From the IMG/VR virus record IMGVR_UViG_3300029812_000326, positions 32,001-96,000 of that record: 64,000 nt of DNA. The stretch is one strand, 5' to 3'. The stretch's first letter is position 1; each line of letters starts with the position of its first letter. A program made the translations under genes and the position numbers. A model generated the notes under the pieces. That model was not told where the DNA came from, did no database searches, and saw nothing but the letters and a program-made list of their open reading frames with translations. Below are positions 1 to 9,982 of this stretch, piece after piece. The stretch is from a virus.

Positions 1-2
1 AA

Positions 3-3000
3 TGGCATGCTTCAATTTCTAAACACTGGGCTGCGCGCAGACATGGTGCATGGCCTTCAATCCAAGAACTCAAACGGAGCATTAAGGAACGCAAAGCTCC
101 GCATTCCATGGATATTGTGCGGTTATATTCTGACATTGTGAAAGATGCCAAAATCCAAAGGAAGCCATATTTTAAGATGGAGCAGCAACTTAACCAAATT
201 CTTGGCGTCCTTGGTATGAGAAAAGATCCGGAAATGCTTCGCGAGATGTCAAAAGATACTGAAATCAAGAAAGCATTTCATGAAGTTCTTGGAAAATTTG
301 AAAGACGTCCGAAACAAACATTTATAGAATATGCTCTTAAAACTCCGGAAAGGCCTGCAGATTGGGCTCCACGTAGGCTTTCGACTACGTCATATATTAA
401 AAGATATGCAAAAGAAGCTCAATGGGATCCAGAAACTACAAATAATGTTTTAAAATTGCTTGGAGGAAAAGAATTATATTATGGTAAGAATATTCTTAGA
501 AAAGGCAACTTTTCAATGTTCAATGCTAGTTTTACTGCTGGTAAAGTAATAGATGTAATGGGGAAATGGAAGCTGCCTTTTATTAATTGGCATCCTTTCG
601 AACGAATGATGATTACGGGGATTCCTAAAATAGGAATTCCAAGCAAAGGTTCTGCATTCAGAATTCTTGACGAAAAACAATCTGCATTGATGGCTGAAGC
701 TGCCATCGACGCGGATTTAAATATTACTAGATCTCCGCAACTCAAAATTGGCGAATATTTTATGAGAATTGGGGATCACGTTTTTAGATTTAGTCCCGAA
801 AAACTTATTAAGCGAATCAGTGGACATTGGAAAGTCGGTGTTGATACAATTACGGCTGGAGAACGGAGATATTTCCAGGGCATGGTTGAAAGCCAAACCG
901 ATTATGAACATACTGGCTGGTTGGGTCATTTGCGACAAAAATTTGAATTAGGTCGATCTCCACATTTCATAGGACGGCGACTTAAAGAATATATTATCCA
1001 AGATTTTAATCCCGAAAGTCCTCATGTATTGATGCATGAAAAAGGAAAATTTGCTGGAATGCTCGAACGGCTCCAAGGAGATAAAATTTTTAGTCCCAGA
1101 GAACAAAAAGAATTCATAAATTATTCAAGGGCGATAGGTAGGCATTTATATGGATCAGAACAAAATGCTTTGGAGCTTTTCCATAACAATCAAGGCCTTA
1201 GAGGAAAAGTTCTTGATATCTTAGGTGGAGCAGATGCGAAAAAAGCCAAAAAGATTTTAAATGATGTAAACATTGATAAAGTGATTGACGATTTATCAAT
1301 GTTTGATTATGCATTACCAGAAATATATTCCCAAAGAACTGTTCAAGAAGTTCGCAGAGCTCTTCATGATGTACAAAATCTTGTGGGAGCTGATCGAGAA
1401 TTTTTATTAAGATCAAGAGCAACAGTTGTTGGTCAGGCTAGCAATTTATCTGTACAAGATTATCTTATGGGGCAATATTTTAAAAAGACACTAGAAAATT
1501 ACAGCAAAGTCGGAAAGATAACGGAGGATATGTATGATAAGATTTTTAAATCCATTGACGATGCAATTGTATCCAAATCAGAAAAATCCAAAGCTAAATC
1601 CTTATTTGCCAGCATGAAAATTAACAGGCCAATGTCTGAGCATCTAAATGTATATAGTGATCAAGAGGTAATTAATAGCTTGGATACTGTCGGACATCTT
1701 AAAGATATCATTTCCCCAAATGAAAATTTACTTAGAGATGTGTTTAAATTGGATTATAGGTCCCTCCGAGAATCTGCTAAGATAAATAGATTTATGCGGG
1801 ATACTCTTATCCCTCTCGAAATCCGGGGATATATGGGACCCATAAATGAAATCTGGAGAATTCAAGGTCATGGAGTCCCATCTGCCCCAAAAGATCTTTT
1901 TGGCGCGGCCCCGGGATTTGGAGACATGATTACAAGTAGTTTTAATAAATTCTTTAGAATTTCTGATTCCGCAACCCAAATAAATTATGAACCATATATT
2001 ACCAAACAAAGTATGCTTCTCCATAGATGGGCAATTAGGCCATTCAATATGACATTAGGCTGGATTGGTCTGGATTTACAATATAGGTCAAACGCTGAAT
2101 TTATGAAAAAATTCGCGATGAAACGCGCTTTGGCTATTCCTGCGGCCATTTATGGTTATCGTGCTATTGACACTTTTCTAACCGTAAATCCACTTTTAAA
2201 CCATACCATCTTTGATGACGGATTGACATCCGCTGGAGCCCAAATAATTGGAAAAGCAAATGTTGCTAGAGCTGAAGTATTTGATACATTGGGAATAACG
2301 GATAAAGCTCAATATTTAGAAGGACTCATGCCAGGATCTATGGAATCCCCCGCTGCAAAATTATTCAGAGCGGCCGCACTTCCGATTTTAGGAAGAAAAT
2401 TTGGTGGGGGACCAGGGCTTATGATTGGATTAGGAGCTTCAGCTGCAACAGGATTTGGTCTTCCTGATTTAACCAGATCTGCAGATGAACTTCGAGACGT
2501 TTATTCCGGAAGAAAGCTCGTACCTCATCGCAGCGGAAGATATTGGGAAACTTGTGTAACCCATTGCCCTATAATGACTTATAATGGAATAAAGTATCCT
2601 GAAGAAATAATTGTTGGAGATAAAATAAAAACATTTGATGGATCTGTTGGTAAAATATTGGCAAAATCCGAAAGAAAATTAATTCCTAATGAAACTGTTT
2701 ATAATATAAAAACCTCATTACCATTCAAAGTAGAACTAACTGGTAATCATGAATTATATATACTACGAAATGATGAATTGCGATGGATACCAACAGAAAA
2801 TATAATGACCACTGATTTATTGGCTATACCATTTCATAAACGGACTTATAAAAGGAAAAATTTATGGCTGCCAAACATATTAGATTGTTCCAAGATTTGG
2901 ACTGAGGGTGAAATATTATATCCAATGCAATTTAAATCTTGTTGGTCAAAGTCTACAAAAAATGGCATCCCCGCATCAATTCCTTTGACGAGAGAATTCG

Positions 3001-6000
3001 GGCGTTTAATAGGATATTATCTTGGTGATGGCAATGTTTTTAATAATGTTGGTAAAGCATATGGAATTGAATTTTGTTTTGATAAACACGAAATTTATTA
3101 TGCGGAAGATGTTCAAAATATAATTCATGAAATTTTTGGATTAAAATGTACAATTAGACGGAAAGGTTCTGGATATATAATTGTTCGCTGTTTGAATACA
3201 TTGGTTGGTCAACTATTCGAAACCATTTTTACGAGAAAAAAAATAGTTCCGGAATTTATTTATAATATATCAAATTCAGATTTTCATCGAGGCATTATTG
3301 AAGGACTATGGGAATCGGATGGGTCTGTTGATAAAACTGGAACTAATATTCAATTAAGTTTGGTAAATCCAAATATTATTTTATATGCATTTGAACAATT
3401 GTTGCGATTGGGCATAATTCCAACATTTCGAAAATCAGAAACAAACTATGAATCATTGAAAAAATTAAATCCAATTAAAAAGCAATATGGCGAAACATAT
3501 CATTTATATATTCCATCTAAATATAGAGTCAAGTTTTGGAAAAACATTCATATTAAAAAAGAAAAAAAGAGCCCAAAACCGAAACAATCTAAAATCAAAG
3601 ATACATGTTTAGTCGATGACAAATACTATTATATATCAATTTTAGATAAACAAACAATTCAATATGATGATTTGGTTTATGATTTTATGGTGGATCATAA
3701 TTTTAGTTATTGTGGTCCAACATGCACATATCATAATTCCAAATTGTCTTATTTTGGCGGAAGAATCAGATATTTTGAACCTAGTTGGTATACAAAAATT
3801 GTAAGTCAATATAAATATACGGACGCGGCATTGGGAACCAAGCTAGAATCATTATTATATACAGGCCCCTTAAGCGTATTAACAGATCCCTATCATTTCG
3901 AACGGGAGCATTTTTTCGATCGGCCTTATCCAACAACCGCTGGTCTTTTTTCAGATGTACCCGTAATTGGGTCAATCGCAGACATGACGATTGGAAGACT
4001 TTTAAAGCCTCAAGTTATGATGCATGAAGATGAATTAGAAGCAGCCCAAATGGGATTTGATGTAGAATCGAAAAATAGAATTTTACCCGGATACAATAAA
4101 AATACAATGCCACCTTTGCATGAAGCCCGACCTGGTTATTTTGCGCCAAGGCATACTATCCCATCAGTGAGCATGAAAGGAATGTTAGGAGATTCATTTT
4201 ATAGACTTACCGAAGCTGCTGGACTGCGAGGATTTATGACACAAGCGATATTGGGTCGAGAAGGGATCGGCCAATATGCCCCAGTGTATGATGATGCATC
4301 TGCAATTACTAGTTTCGGACATCAATTTTGGGACGCGGAAATAGGCGGTGGAATAATGTGTTTTGATGGGTCAACATTAATATCAACAACAAATGGATAT
4401 AAAAAAATATGTGATATCAAACCTGAAATGCAAATTGTCAATTTGTCAGGAATATATAAAATTAAAAACAAATTTAAAAGAATTCCAAATGATGATGATG
4501 AAATGTATGAAATATCTGTCAATTCACATCCTAATAAAATTAAAGTCACCGGAAATCATAAAGTACTGGCGCACAGAACCAAGTGCCATTGGAAATCGGA
4601 AAAATCGCATCGTCCAAATAATAATGGAATTTGTCCATATTGTAATAAAAAATTTGTCGAACATTTAAAAGAAATTAGAGTTTGTGATTTACGTCTTGGC
4701 GATTTTCTTATAACTCCGATCCCGATTGGACAAAATGAATACATTATTGATTTTGCAAAATATATGCCAATTTTCACAGATGATTTTGTTTATTCTCAAG
4801 GATCCAAAGAATTTTTTGAAATATATGAACGATTACAATTGGATGGTAATTTACAATATTCAGATTTTCATGATCAAAGATATTATGATGCGAAAAAATC
4901 TACTGGTAATCACAAAAAATGGATACGATATTTGCAATTAAATGAGGATTTATGTTATTTGATTGGATGGTGGATTGCAGAAGGCTGCATACAAAAGAGC
5001 ACTATGCACCTTATAATGCATAAAGATGAAATTGGTGTCGCCCATAAATTGGGTAATATCGCAAAACGATTACTTGGCATTGAAAATTACTATATTCGGT
5101 CTAATGGTGAAAATTGTATTAGTTTGTATTTTTCGCATCGGCCCTTTGTCAATTTTTTGAAAGCCGAATTTGGCTACGGATCACATAATAAATATATTTC
5201 GCATGACATTAAACAAATGAAAAATGAATATGTTTCCGCATTGTTGAAAGGACTCATGGAAGGAGATGGTTGGGAGAATGAATCCAAGGGTGGGTTTACA
5301 ACTGTTAGCCAACAGTTGTTATTGGATATGATAGAATTGTTTGCCAAATTGGGGAAATTGCCCCATGCATATAGTTATTATGAAATATCAAAAAATGGTG
5401 AGTATCCCCAGGGTGGAAAAAGGAAACCAACGTTGCGATATTATTTAAAATATAACAAAAATACACGTGGGCGATTCCATAATTTCATATTCAATAATAA
5501 ATTATATAAAAAAATTACAAAAATTGAACAAATTGATTGTCCACGGTTTTTGTATGATTTAGAAATTGAAGATGTTCATCAATATCAAGCAAATGGAATT
5601 ATTGCTCACAATAGTGAGGCTTGGAGAAGATTATATCCAAGAGAAAGATTTAAAAATTTGGTAAATCCAATCAGGAATTTGGCTCCAAATTGGTTGCCGG
5701 AAGAATTCAAAACTGGCGATCCATATTGTATTGGATTAGAATCATTGATTGATACAGAAAATGGATTGATAAAAGCAAAAGATGTTTCAGTAAATGATAG
5801 ATTAAAAACTCACGATGGTTCATATCGGCGAATCATGGCGGAAAAAATTAGAAATTTGAAACAAAATGAATTTGCATATGAATTCCGCATTACCGGATTG
5901 CCAGCAATTCCATCCACTATATTTTCTGAAGATCATCCCATTTTGGGATTAAAAAATTATGAAATTAAACAAATTCATAATAGGAAATATGGACAAAAAT

Positions 6001-9000
6001 ATTATCGCAAAATGCGTAATGCAAAATGTTACAATTTGAAAAAATTGCCGCATCCAAAATGGATTAAAACAAAAGATTTAAATCCAGGAGATTATGTTGC
6101 TTATCCGATTCCACAATATGAGGAAAAAAATATTATTATTGATATGGCAAAATATACTAAGTTCAAATACACTGATAGATGGATTTATCCAAAACATTGC
6201 CATCCGGAAATATATGAATATTTTTTATCCAATCCCTGCCCATATAATATTCAACAATTGGCTATAGAATTCAATGTTGAAGGAAGCACGTTGGATGCTA
6301 TTCGAGATCATATCAAAGCAAAACGCTACGCAATCCGGTATCCAAGATACATAGAATTTGATGAAGATTTAGCTGCACTTTGCGGATATTATGCTGCAGA
6401 AGGTTGGGCAGGAAACAATGGGGAAATTGGATTTGCGCTACATGTAAAAGAAAAATCTACAATTGTAAAATATTTGGATCATATTTTTAAAAAATTCATA
6501 AATCGAAGTGGAGAAATATATCAATATGAAAGAAATGGAAATGGAATTGACTATCGAATAGGTTCTGGTTATCTTGCTGATTTTTTGGGACAAATCGGGC
6601 ATGAAGCACATGAAAAGCATATTCCCAAAGAATTTTTTCATTTGCATAAATCATATTTAATTCCATTAATTAAAGCATATTTTGAGGGCGATGGTTGTTA
6701 TTTTTCAGATGGAAAACGCGCAAGATTTTCTGCAAAATCAGTTAGTTTACAATTATTATATGATATTAGAAATATATTATTATCCTGGGGCATAATAAGC
6801 AATATAAATTACGATCCTGGCGGCCGGACGTCAAAAATTGGAAATCAAATTATCCATGCTGGGATTTCATATAGTTTAAATATTAATTCAGAAAATGCAT
6901 TAAAATTGGCAAAATTGTTCCAAATTAAATTAAAATGCAATTCTAAAATGCTACATTCGTATTCATTCATCTACGATGGATATTTATGTATGCGCGTTAA
7001 TAATAAGCAAAAAGTTTCATGTGACCAAGTCATAGGATTTGAAATTGAAAACGATTCTTTTTGTGTATTAGGAATTGCAACTCATAATACTCACATCAAA
7101 GGGGGTTTGATTTTGCTTCCATCTCGCGCTCACGAAAAAATGTATCATGTGAAGCATAATTTTCCTATTGATTTAGAATATTTTGGATATGAACCCGGAG
7201 AGGCCGCAGGAAGACTATTGAAATTGATTAGACCGGAAAGAGAAGAAGAATATCATTATTCATTTATTAAAGAATTAATTCAAAAGCAATTATTGATGAA
7301 TAGGCAACTGCTATCCAAAGACGTGCCACTTTTTAATCCTTGGTCAAAGATTGAAGGGCATGTTGATGCTATTATTATGAATCAATCTGGAATTCCAGAA
7401 CTGATGCAAATAAAAGCAACTACTGCTGAAAAACTTGGATTCATGCAGCAGCCAAAACCGGCGCACGTATCTCAGCTCAATTTTGCTATGAGACAAATGA
7501 AGAAAAGATATGGACAAATACTTTATGTTGCGTCAGATAATCCAGAATTAAGTAAATCTTTTTATATAGAATATAATTCGGAACGATTTCGCAATGATAT
7601 GTCAAGAATAAATGAAGCTCGGGAATTGGCATCAGATATGTTACTCAAAGGCATTGGGCAAGTTGGAGAATCCTATTCCTATCCTGATAGATTACAAATT
7701 TTAGCCAATGTATCTCCGTGGGCTCCGGAATATAAAAAAGTTTTGAAGCAATGTAGATTGTTAAAAAGCCATGGATTACTGGATGAAGAAGATCAGGTTA
7801 AAGTAGACGAAGCCCGTAGGCAACATGATGCGATTATGAGGAAATTTGATTTTTATCCTCATCGATTTAGCCATGGTAAATGGCTTACTCCTGACCCAAC
7901 CTATAATTTGATGTCTCAGAATGAAAATATTAAAACTGCTGCAAAATATAATATTATTGAAAGATTAATGGGCGCAGCTTATGAACGATTATTGGAATTT
8001 GATATCCCGGTTGTCCATTCTAAATTGCTTCCATATTATACACCAGAACAAATGTACGAGAGACAAATTGGAGGCAGTTTCAGTGGGCAGTGGTCCAGAC
8101 CTATCCATGATTATATAAAACCCTGGTGGCATAGTTTTCTCTTATCAACGAATCCAGTTGCATCGGCGATTAAACTTGGATTTGCTGGTGGAGTATCTGC
8201 AGGCCCCCCCGGTGCCGCAGTTGGTTTGGGTGCGGGATTATTATATGGTGCTGGAAGAAGTGTCGCTGGTCCAGGAACTTGGGTTCCGAAAGAGGTCAGA
8301 AAAACCCGAGAAATCGATGAATATTTTGATGCTTTGGAATATATAAAAAATCGTCAATTATATGAACAAACCGGCGACCCGGAATATCTTAAGCGATCAA
8401 GAGAAACAATTTATGGTGTCACTCCTATGAGCACACCAGCCGAATTTTATAGATCGGTTCCGTATATGGAACGTCCATTTTTCTGGTCATTTGCTTCCAT
8501 ACAGGATAAAATTCAACAGGATAGAATTAAACAGCGGATTTCGCCAACCATGAGAAAACTTTTGGAGCACTATTGGTCTGGAGAGAAAAAATTTACTAAT
8601 CCAATGATAGAGGATTATAATCCAAATTTCCGAATGCCAGCGGAGGATTGGATGGGATGGAGAGAGGATATTCCATTGGAGGATATACAACTTAAAACTG
8701 TCAAAATGGAAGGGCTAGATTGTTTCATTCCTACGCAAAAATTATTGACACTAAATGGTCCAATCGAAATACAAAATGTTGAGATGGACACTGAATTAGT
8801 GAATGCCCAGGGAAAGTTGAAAACCCCAATCTGTATATTCAGAAAATTTTATAAAGGCGAAATGATTAAATTAGATTTTAAAGGAACGTATTTTGATTTA
8901 ACCGGAACAAAAACTCACGAATTGGAGATAGCCAAAAAATGCAGAAAATTTGTATTTAAAAAACAAAAACTTCAAGATGTGCGGAAATACAATAGATTAA

Positions 9001-9980
9001 AATTATATGGCTATAATTTCCCAGAAACATGCAAAAAATTCGATGATATTAAAATTTCGAAAGATTTAGGATTTATTCTTGGCTGGTTTTTGGCTGAAGG
9101 AAGTTATGTATATAATCCCCTAAATAAACAACCAAAAGGAATTGTATTTTCATTAAATATATTGGAAAATGATATTGCAAAAAAACTTCAAAGTAAAATT
9201 AATAAAATATTTGGTTGTAATGTTTCAATCCACGAACGAACATCTTCAACTTCTGGAAATCCATATTTGCAAGTTACATCATTTTCTGTCAAAATGGCGA
9301 GATTTATATATAAGTTAATCAATCCCAACGCAAAAACGAAATATCTACATCCAATTGTATTCAAATTTCCAATTCCGATTCTCGAGGAAATAATTCGTCA
9401 ATGGTTCAATGGTGATGGATGGAAAACAAACAAAGAGGTTTGTGTTTGTACCGCAAGCGAGAAATTGGCAATTCAGGGGTGGTATATAATGCGATCCTGT
9501 GGGATGGAAGCCGCGATACAAAAAGCAAAGCAATATGGATACAAACCAGGATTTAATTACAGAATCAGGATTGGTCGTAAAAAGGACAAGGAAATATTTT
9601 ATTCCAATTGGAAATATGTTCCATGGACCACATTGACGGTATCAAAAATATATCATGTTAATTATGAAGGCGATATTTATGATGTAGAAATGCCGAATAA
9701 TCATTATTATACAACAATTTGTGGAACTGTTCATAATTCCCATGATTTTGGATTGGGATGGAAACCTCAAGAATTAAGAATGCATAATTCTCCATATGCG
9801 GTCAAACCGATAGACATTTCCAGTCCTTCTGGAATATCCTATGGTCACGAAAATTTAGAATCGGCTGATGTAAAAAATTTTGTTCAAAACATTTTGCAAA
9901 GATATGGTATAACAAATACAAATGTAGCTGTTACAAAATCTCAGGGCAGTGGCGCGACCATATCATTAAATATTAATTAA
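3..9980 (+). CDS. Giant virion (ejection/tape-measure-type) protein with four inteins and a PD-(D/E)xK-like domain; 5' end lies outside the window
   Basis: Frame is open from position 3 (WHASISKHW...) into the 108 ATG. Glycine-zipper hydrophobic segments at ~2400-2459 and ~8175-8249. Position upstream of hub/baseplate genes. Confidence 0.65.
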   Translation, partial: WHASISKHWAARRHGAWPSIQELKRSIKERKAPHSMDIVRLYSDIVKDAKIQRKPYFKMEQQLNQILGVLGMRKDPEMLREMSKDTEIKKAFHEVLGKFERRPKQTFIEYALKTPERPADWAPRRLSTTSYIKRYAKEAQWDPETTNNVLKLLGGKELYYGKNILRKGNFSMFNASFTAGKVIDVMGKWKLPFINWHPFERMMITGIPKIGIPSKGSAFRILDEKQSALMAEAAIDADLNITRSPQLKIGEYFMRIGDHVFRFSPEKLIKRISGHWKVGVDTITAGERRYFQGMVESQTDYEHTGWLGHLRQKFELGRSPHFIGRRLKEYIIQDFNPESPHVLMHEKGKFAGMLERLQGDKIFSPREQKEFINYSRAIGRHLYGSEQNALELFHNNQGLRGKVLDILGGADAKKAKKILNDVNIDKVIDDLSMFDYALPEIYSQRTVQEVRRALHDVQNLVGADREFLLRSRATVVGQASNLSVQDYLMGQYFKKTLENYSKVGKITEDMYDKIFKSIDDAIVSKSEKSKAKSLFASMKINRPMSEHLNVYSDQEVINSLDTVGHLKDIISPNENLLRDVFKLDYRSLRESAKINRFMRDTLIPLEIRGYMGPINEIWRIQGHGVPSAPKDLFGAAPGFGDMITSSFNKFFRISDSATQINYEPYITKQSMLLHRWAIRPFNMTLGWIGLDLQYRSNAEFMKKFAMKRALAIPAAIYGYRAIDTFLTVNPLLNHTIFDDGLTSAGAQIIGKANVARAEVFDTLGITDKAQYLEGLMPGSMESPAAKLFRAAALPILGRKFGGGPGLMIGLGASAATGFGLPDLTRSADELRDVYSGRKLVPHRSGRYWETCVTHCPIMTYNGIKYPEEIIVGDKIKTFDGSVGKILAKSERKLIPNETVYNIKTSLPFKVELTGNHELYILRNDELRWIPTENIMTTDLLAIPFHKRTYKRKNLWLPNILDCSKIWTEGEILYPMQFKSCWSKSTKNGIPASIPLTREFGRLIGYYLGDGNVFNNVGKAYGIEFCFDKHEIYYAEDVQNIIHEIFGLKCTIRRKGSGYIIVRCLNTLVGQLFETIFTRKKIVPEFIYNISNSDFHRGIIEGLWESDGSVDKTGTNIQLSLVNPNIILYAFEQLLRLGIIPTFRKSETNYESLKKLNPIKKQYGETYHLYIPSKYRVKFWKNIHIKKEKKSPKPKQSKIKDTCLVDDKYYYISILDKQTIQYDDLVYDFMVDHNFSYCGPTCTYHNSKLSYFGGRIRYFEPSWYTKIVSQYKYTDAALGTKLESLLYTGPLSVLTDPYHFEREHFFDRPYPTTAGLFSDVPVIGSIADMTIGRLLKPQVMMHEDELEAAQMGFDVESKNRILPGYNKNTMPPLHEARPGYFAPRHTIPSVSMKGMLGDSFYRLTEAAGLRGFMTQAILGREGIGQYAPVYDDASAITSFGHQFWDAEIGGGIMCFDGSTLISTTNGYKKICDIKPEMQIVNLSGIYKIKNKFKRIPNDDDEMYEISVNSHPNKIKVTGNHKVLAHRTKCHWKSEKSHRPNNNGICPYCNKKFVEHLKEIRVCDLRLGDFLITPIPIGQNEYIIDFAKYMPIFTDDFVYSQGSKEFFEIYERLQLDGNLQYSDFHDQRYYDAKKSTGNHKKWIRYLQLNEDLCYLIGWWIAEGCIQKSTMHLIMHKDEIGVAHKLGNIAKRLLGIENYYIRSNGENCISLYFSHRPFVNFLKAEFGYGSHNKYISHDIKQMKNEYVSALLKGLMEGDGWENESKGGFTTVSQQLLLDMIELFAKLGKLPHAYSYYEISKNGEYPQGGKRKPTLRYYLKYNKNTRGRFHNFIFNNKLYKKITKIEQIDCPRFLYDLEIEDVHQYQANGIIAHNSEAWRRLYPRERFKNLVNPIRNLAPNWLPEEFKTGDPYCIGLESLIDTENGLIKAKDVSVNDRLKTHDGSYRRIMAEKIRNLKQNEFAYEFRITGLPAIPSTIFSEDHPILGLKNYEIKQIHNRKYGQKYYRKMRNAKCYNLKKLPHPKWIKTKDLNPGDYVAYPIPQYEEKNIIIDMAKYTKFKYTDRWIYPKHCHPEIYEYFLSNPCPYNIQQLAIEFNVEGSTLDAIRDHIKAKRYAIRYPRYIEFDEDLAALCGYYAAEGWAGNNGEIGFALHVKEKSTIVKYLDHIFKKFINRSGEIYQYERNGNGIDYRIGSGYLADFLGQIGHEAHEKHIPKEFFHLHKSYLIPLIKAYFEGDGCYFSDGKRARFSAKSVSLQLLYDIRNILLSWGIISNINYDPGGRTSKIGNQIIHAGISYSLNINSENALKLAKLFQIKLKCNSKMLHSYSFIYDGYLCMRVNNKQKVSCDQVIGFEIENDSFCVLGIATHNTHIKGGLILLPSRAHEKMYHVKHNFPIDLEYFGYEPGEAAGRLLKLIRPEREEEYHYSFIKELIQKQLLMNRQLLSKDVPLFNPWSKIEGHVDAIIMNQSGIPELMQIKATTAEKLGFMQQPKPAHVSQLNFAMRQMKKRYGQILYVASDNPELSKSFYIEYNSERFRNDMSRINEARELASDMLLKGIGQVGESYSYPDRLQILANVSPWAPEYKKVLKQCRLLKSHGLLDEEDQVKVDEARRQHDAIMRKFDFYPHRFSHGKWLTPDPTYNLMSQNENIKTAAKYNIIERLMGAAYERLLEFDIPVVHSKLLPYYTPEQMYERQIGGSFSGQWSRPIHDYIKPWWHSFLLSTNPVASAIKLGFAGGVSAGPPGAAVGLGAGLLYGAGRSVAGPGTWVPKEVRKTREIDEYFDALEYIKNRQLYEQTGDPEYLKRSRETIYGVTPMSTPAEFYRSVPYMERPFFWSFASIQDKIQQDRIKQRISPTMRKLLEHYWSGEKKFTNPMIEDYNPNFRMPAEDWMGWREDIPLEDIQLKTVKMEGLDCFIPTQKLLTLNGPIEIQNVEMDTELVNAQGKLKTPICIFRKFYKGEMIKLDFKGTYFDLTGTKTHELEIAKKCRKFVFKKQKLQDVRKYNRLKLYGYNFPETCKKFDDIKISKDLGFILGWFLAEGSYVYNPLNKQPKGIVFSLNILENDIAKKLQSKINKIFGCNVSIHERTSSTSGNPYLQVTSFSVKMARFIYKLINPNAKTKYLHPIVFKFPIPILEEIIRQWFNGDGWKTNKEVCVCTASEKLAIQGWYIMRSCGMEAAIQKAKQYGYKPGFNYRIRIGRKKDKEIFYSNWKYVPWTTLTVSKIYHVNYEGDIYDVEMPNNHYYTTICGTVHNSHDFGLGWKPQELRMHNSPYAVKPIDISSPSGISYGHENLESADVKNFVQNILQRYGITNTNVAVTKSQGSGATISLNIN
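2553..3737 (+). mobile_element. Intein 1 with LAGLIDADG endonuclease (395 aa)
   Basis: N-term C (RYWET|CVTH), block B TGNHE, LIGYYLGDG and IEGLWESDG motifs, C-term YHN|S. Confidence 0.95.
4359..5612 (+). mobile_element. Intein 2 with LAGLIDADG endonuclease (418 aa)
   Basis: GGGIM|CFDGST, TGNHK, LIGWWIAEG and LKGLMEGDG, YDLEIE...AHN|S. Confidence 0.95.
5727..7088 (+). mobile_element. Intein 3 with LAGLIDADG endonuclease (454 aa)
   Basis: GDPY|CIGLES, SEDHP, LCGYYAAEG and IKAYFEGDG, ATHN|T. Confidence 0.95.
8721..9737 (+). mobile_element. Intein 4 with LAGLIDADG endonuclease (339 aa)
   Basis: EGLD|CFIPTQ, TKTHE, ILGWFLAEG and IRQWFNGDG, YDVEM...VHN|S. Confidence 0.95.
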
Positions 9981-9982
9981 TC

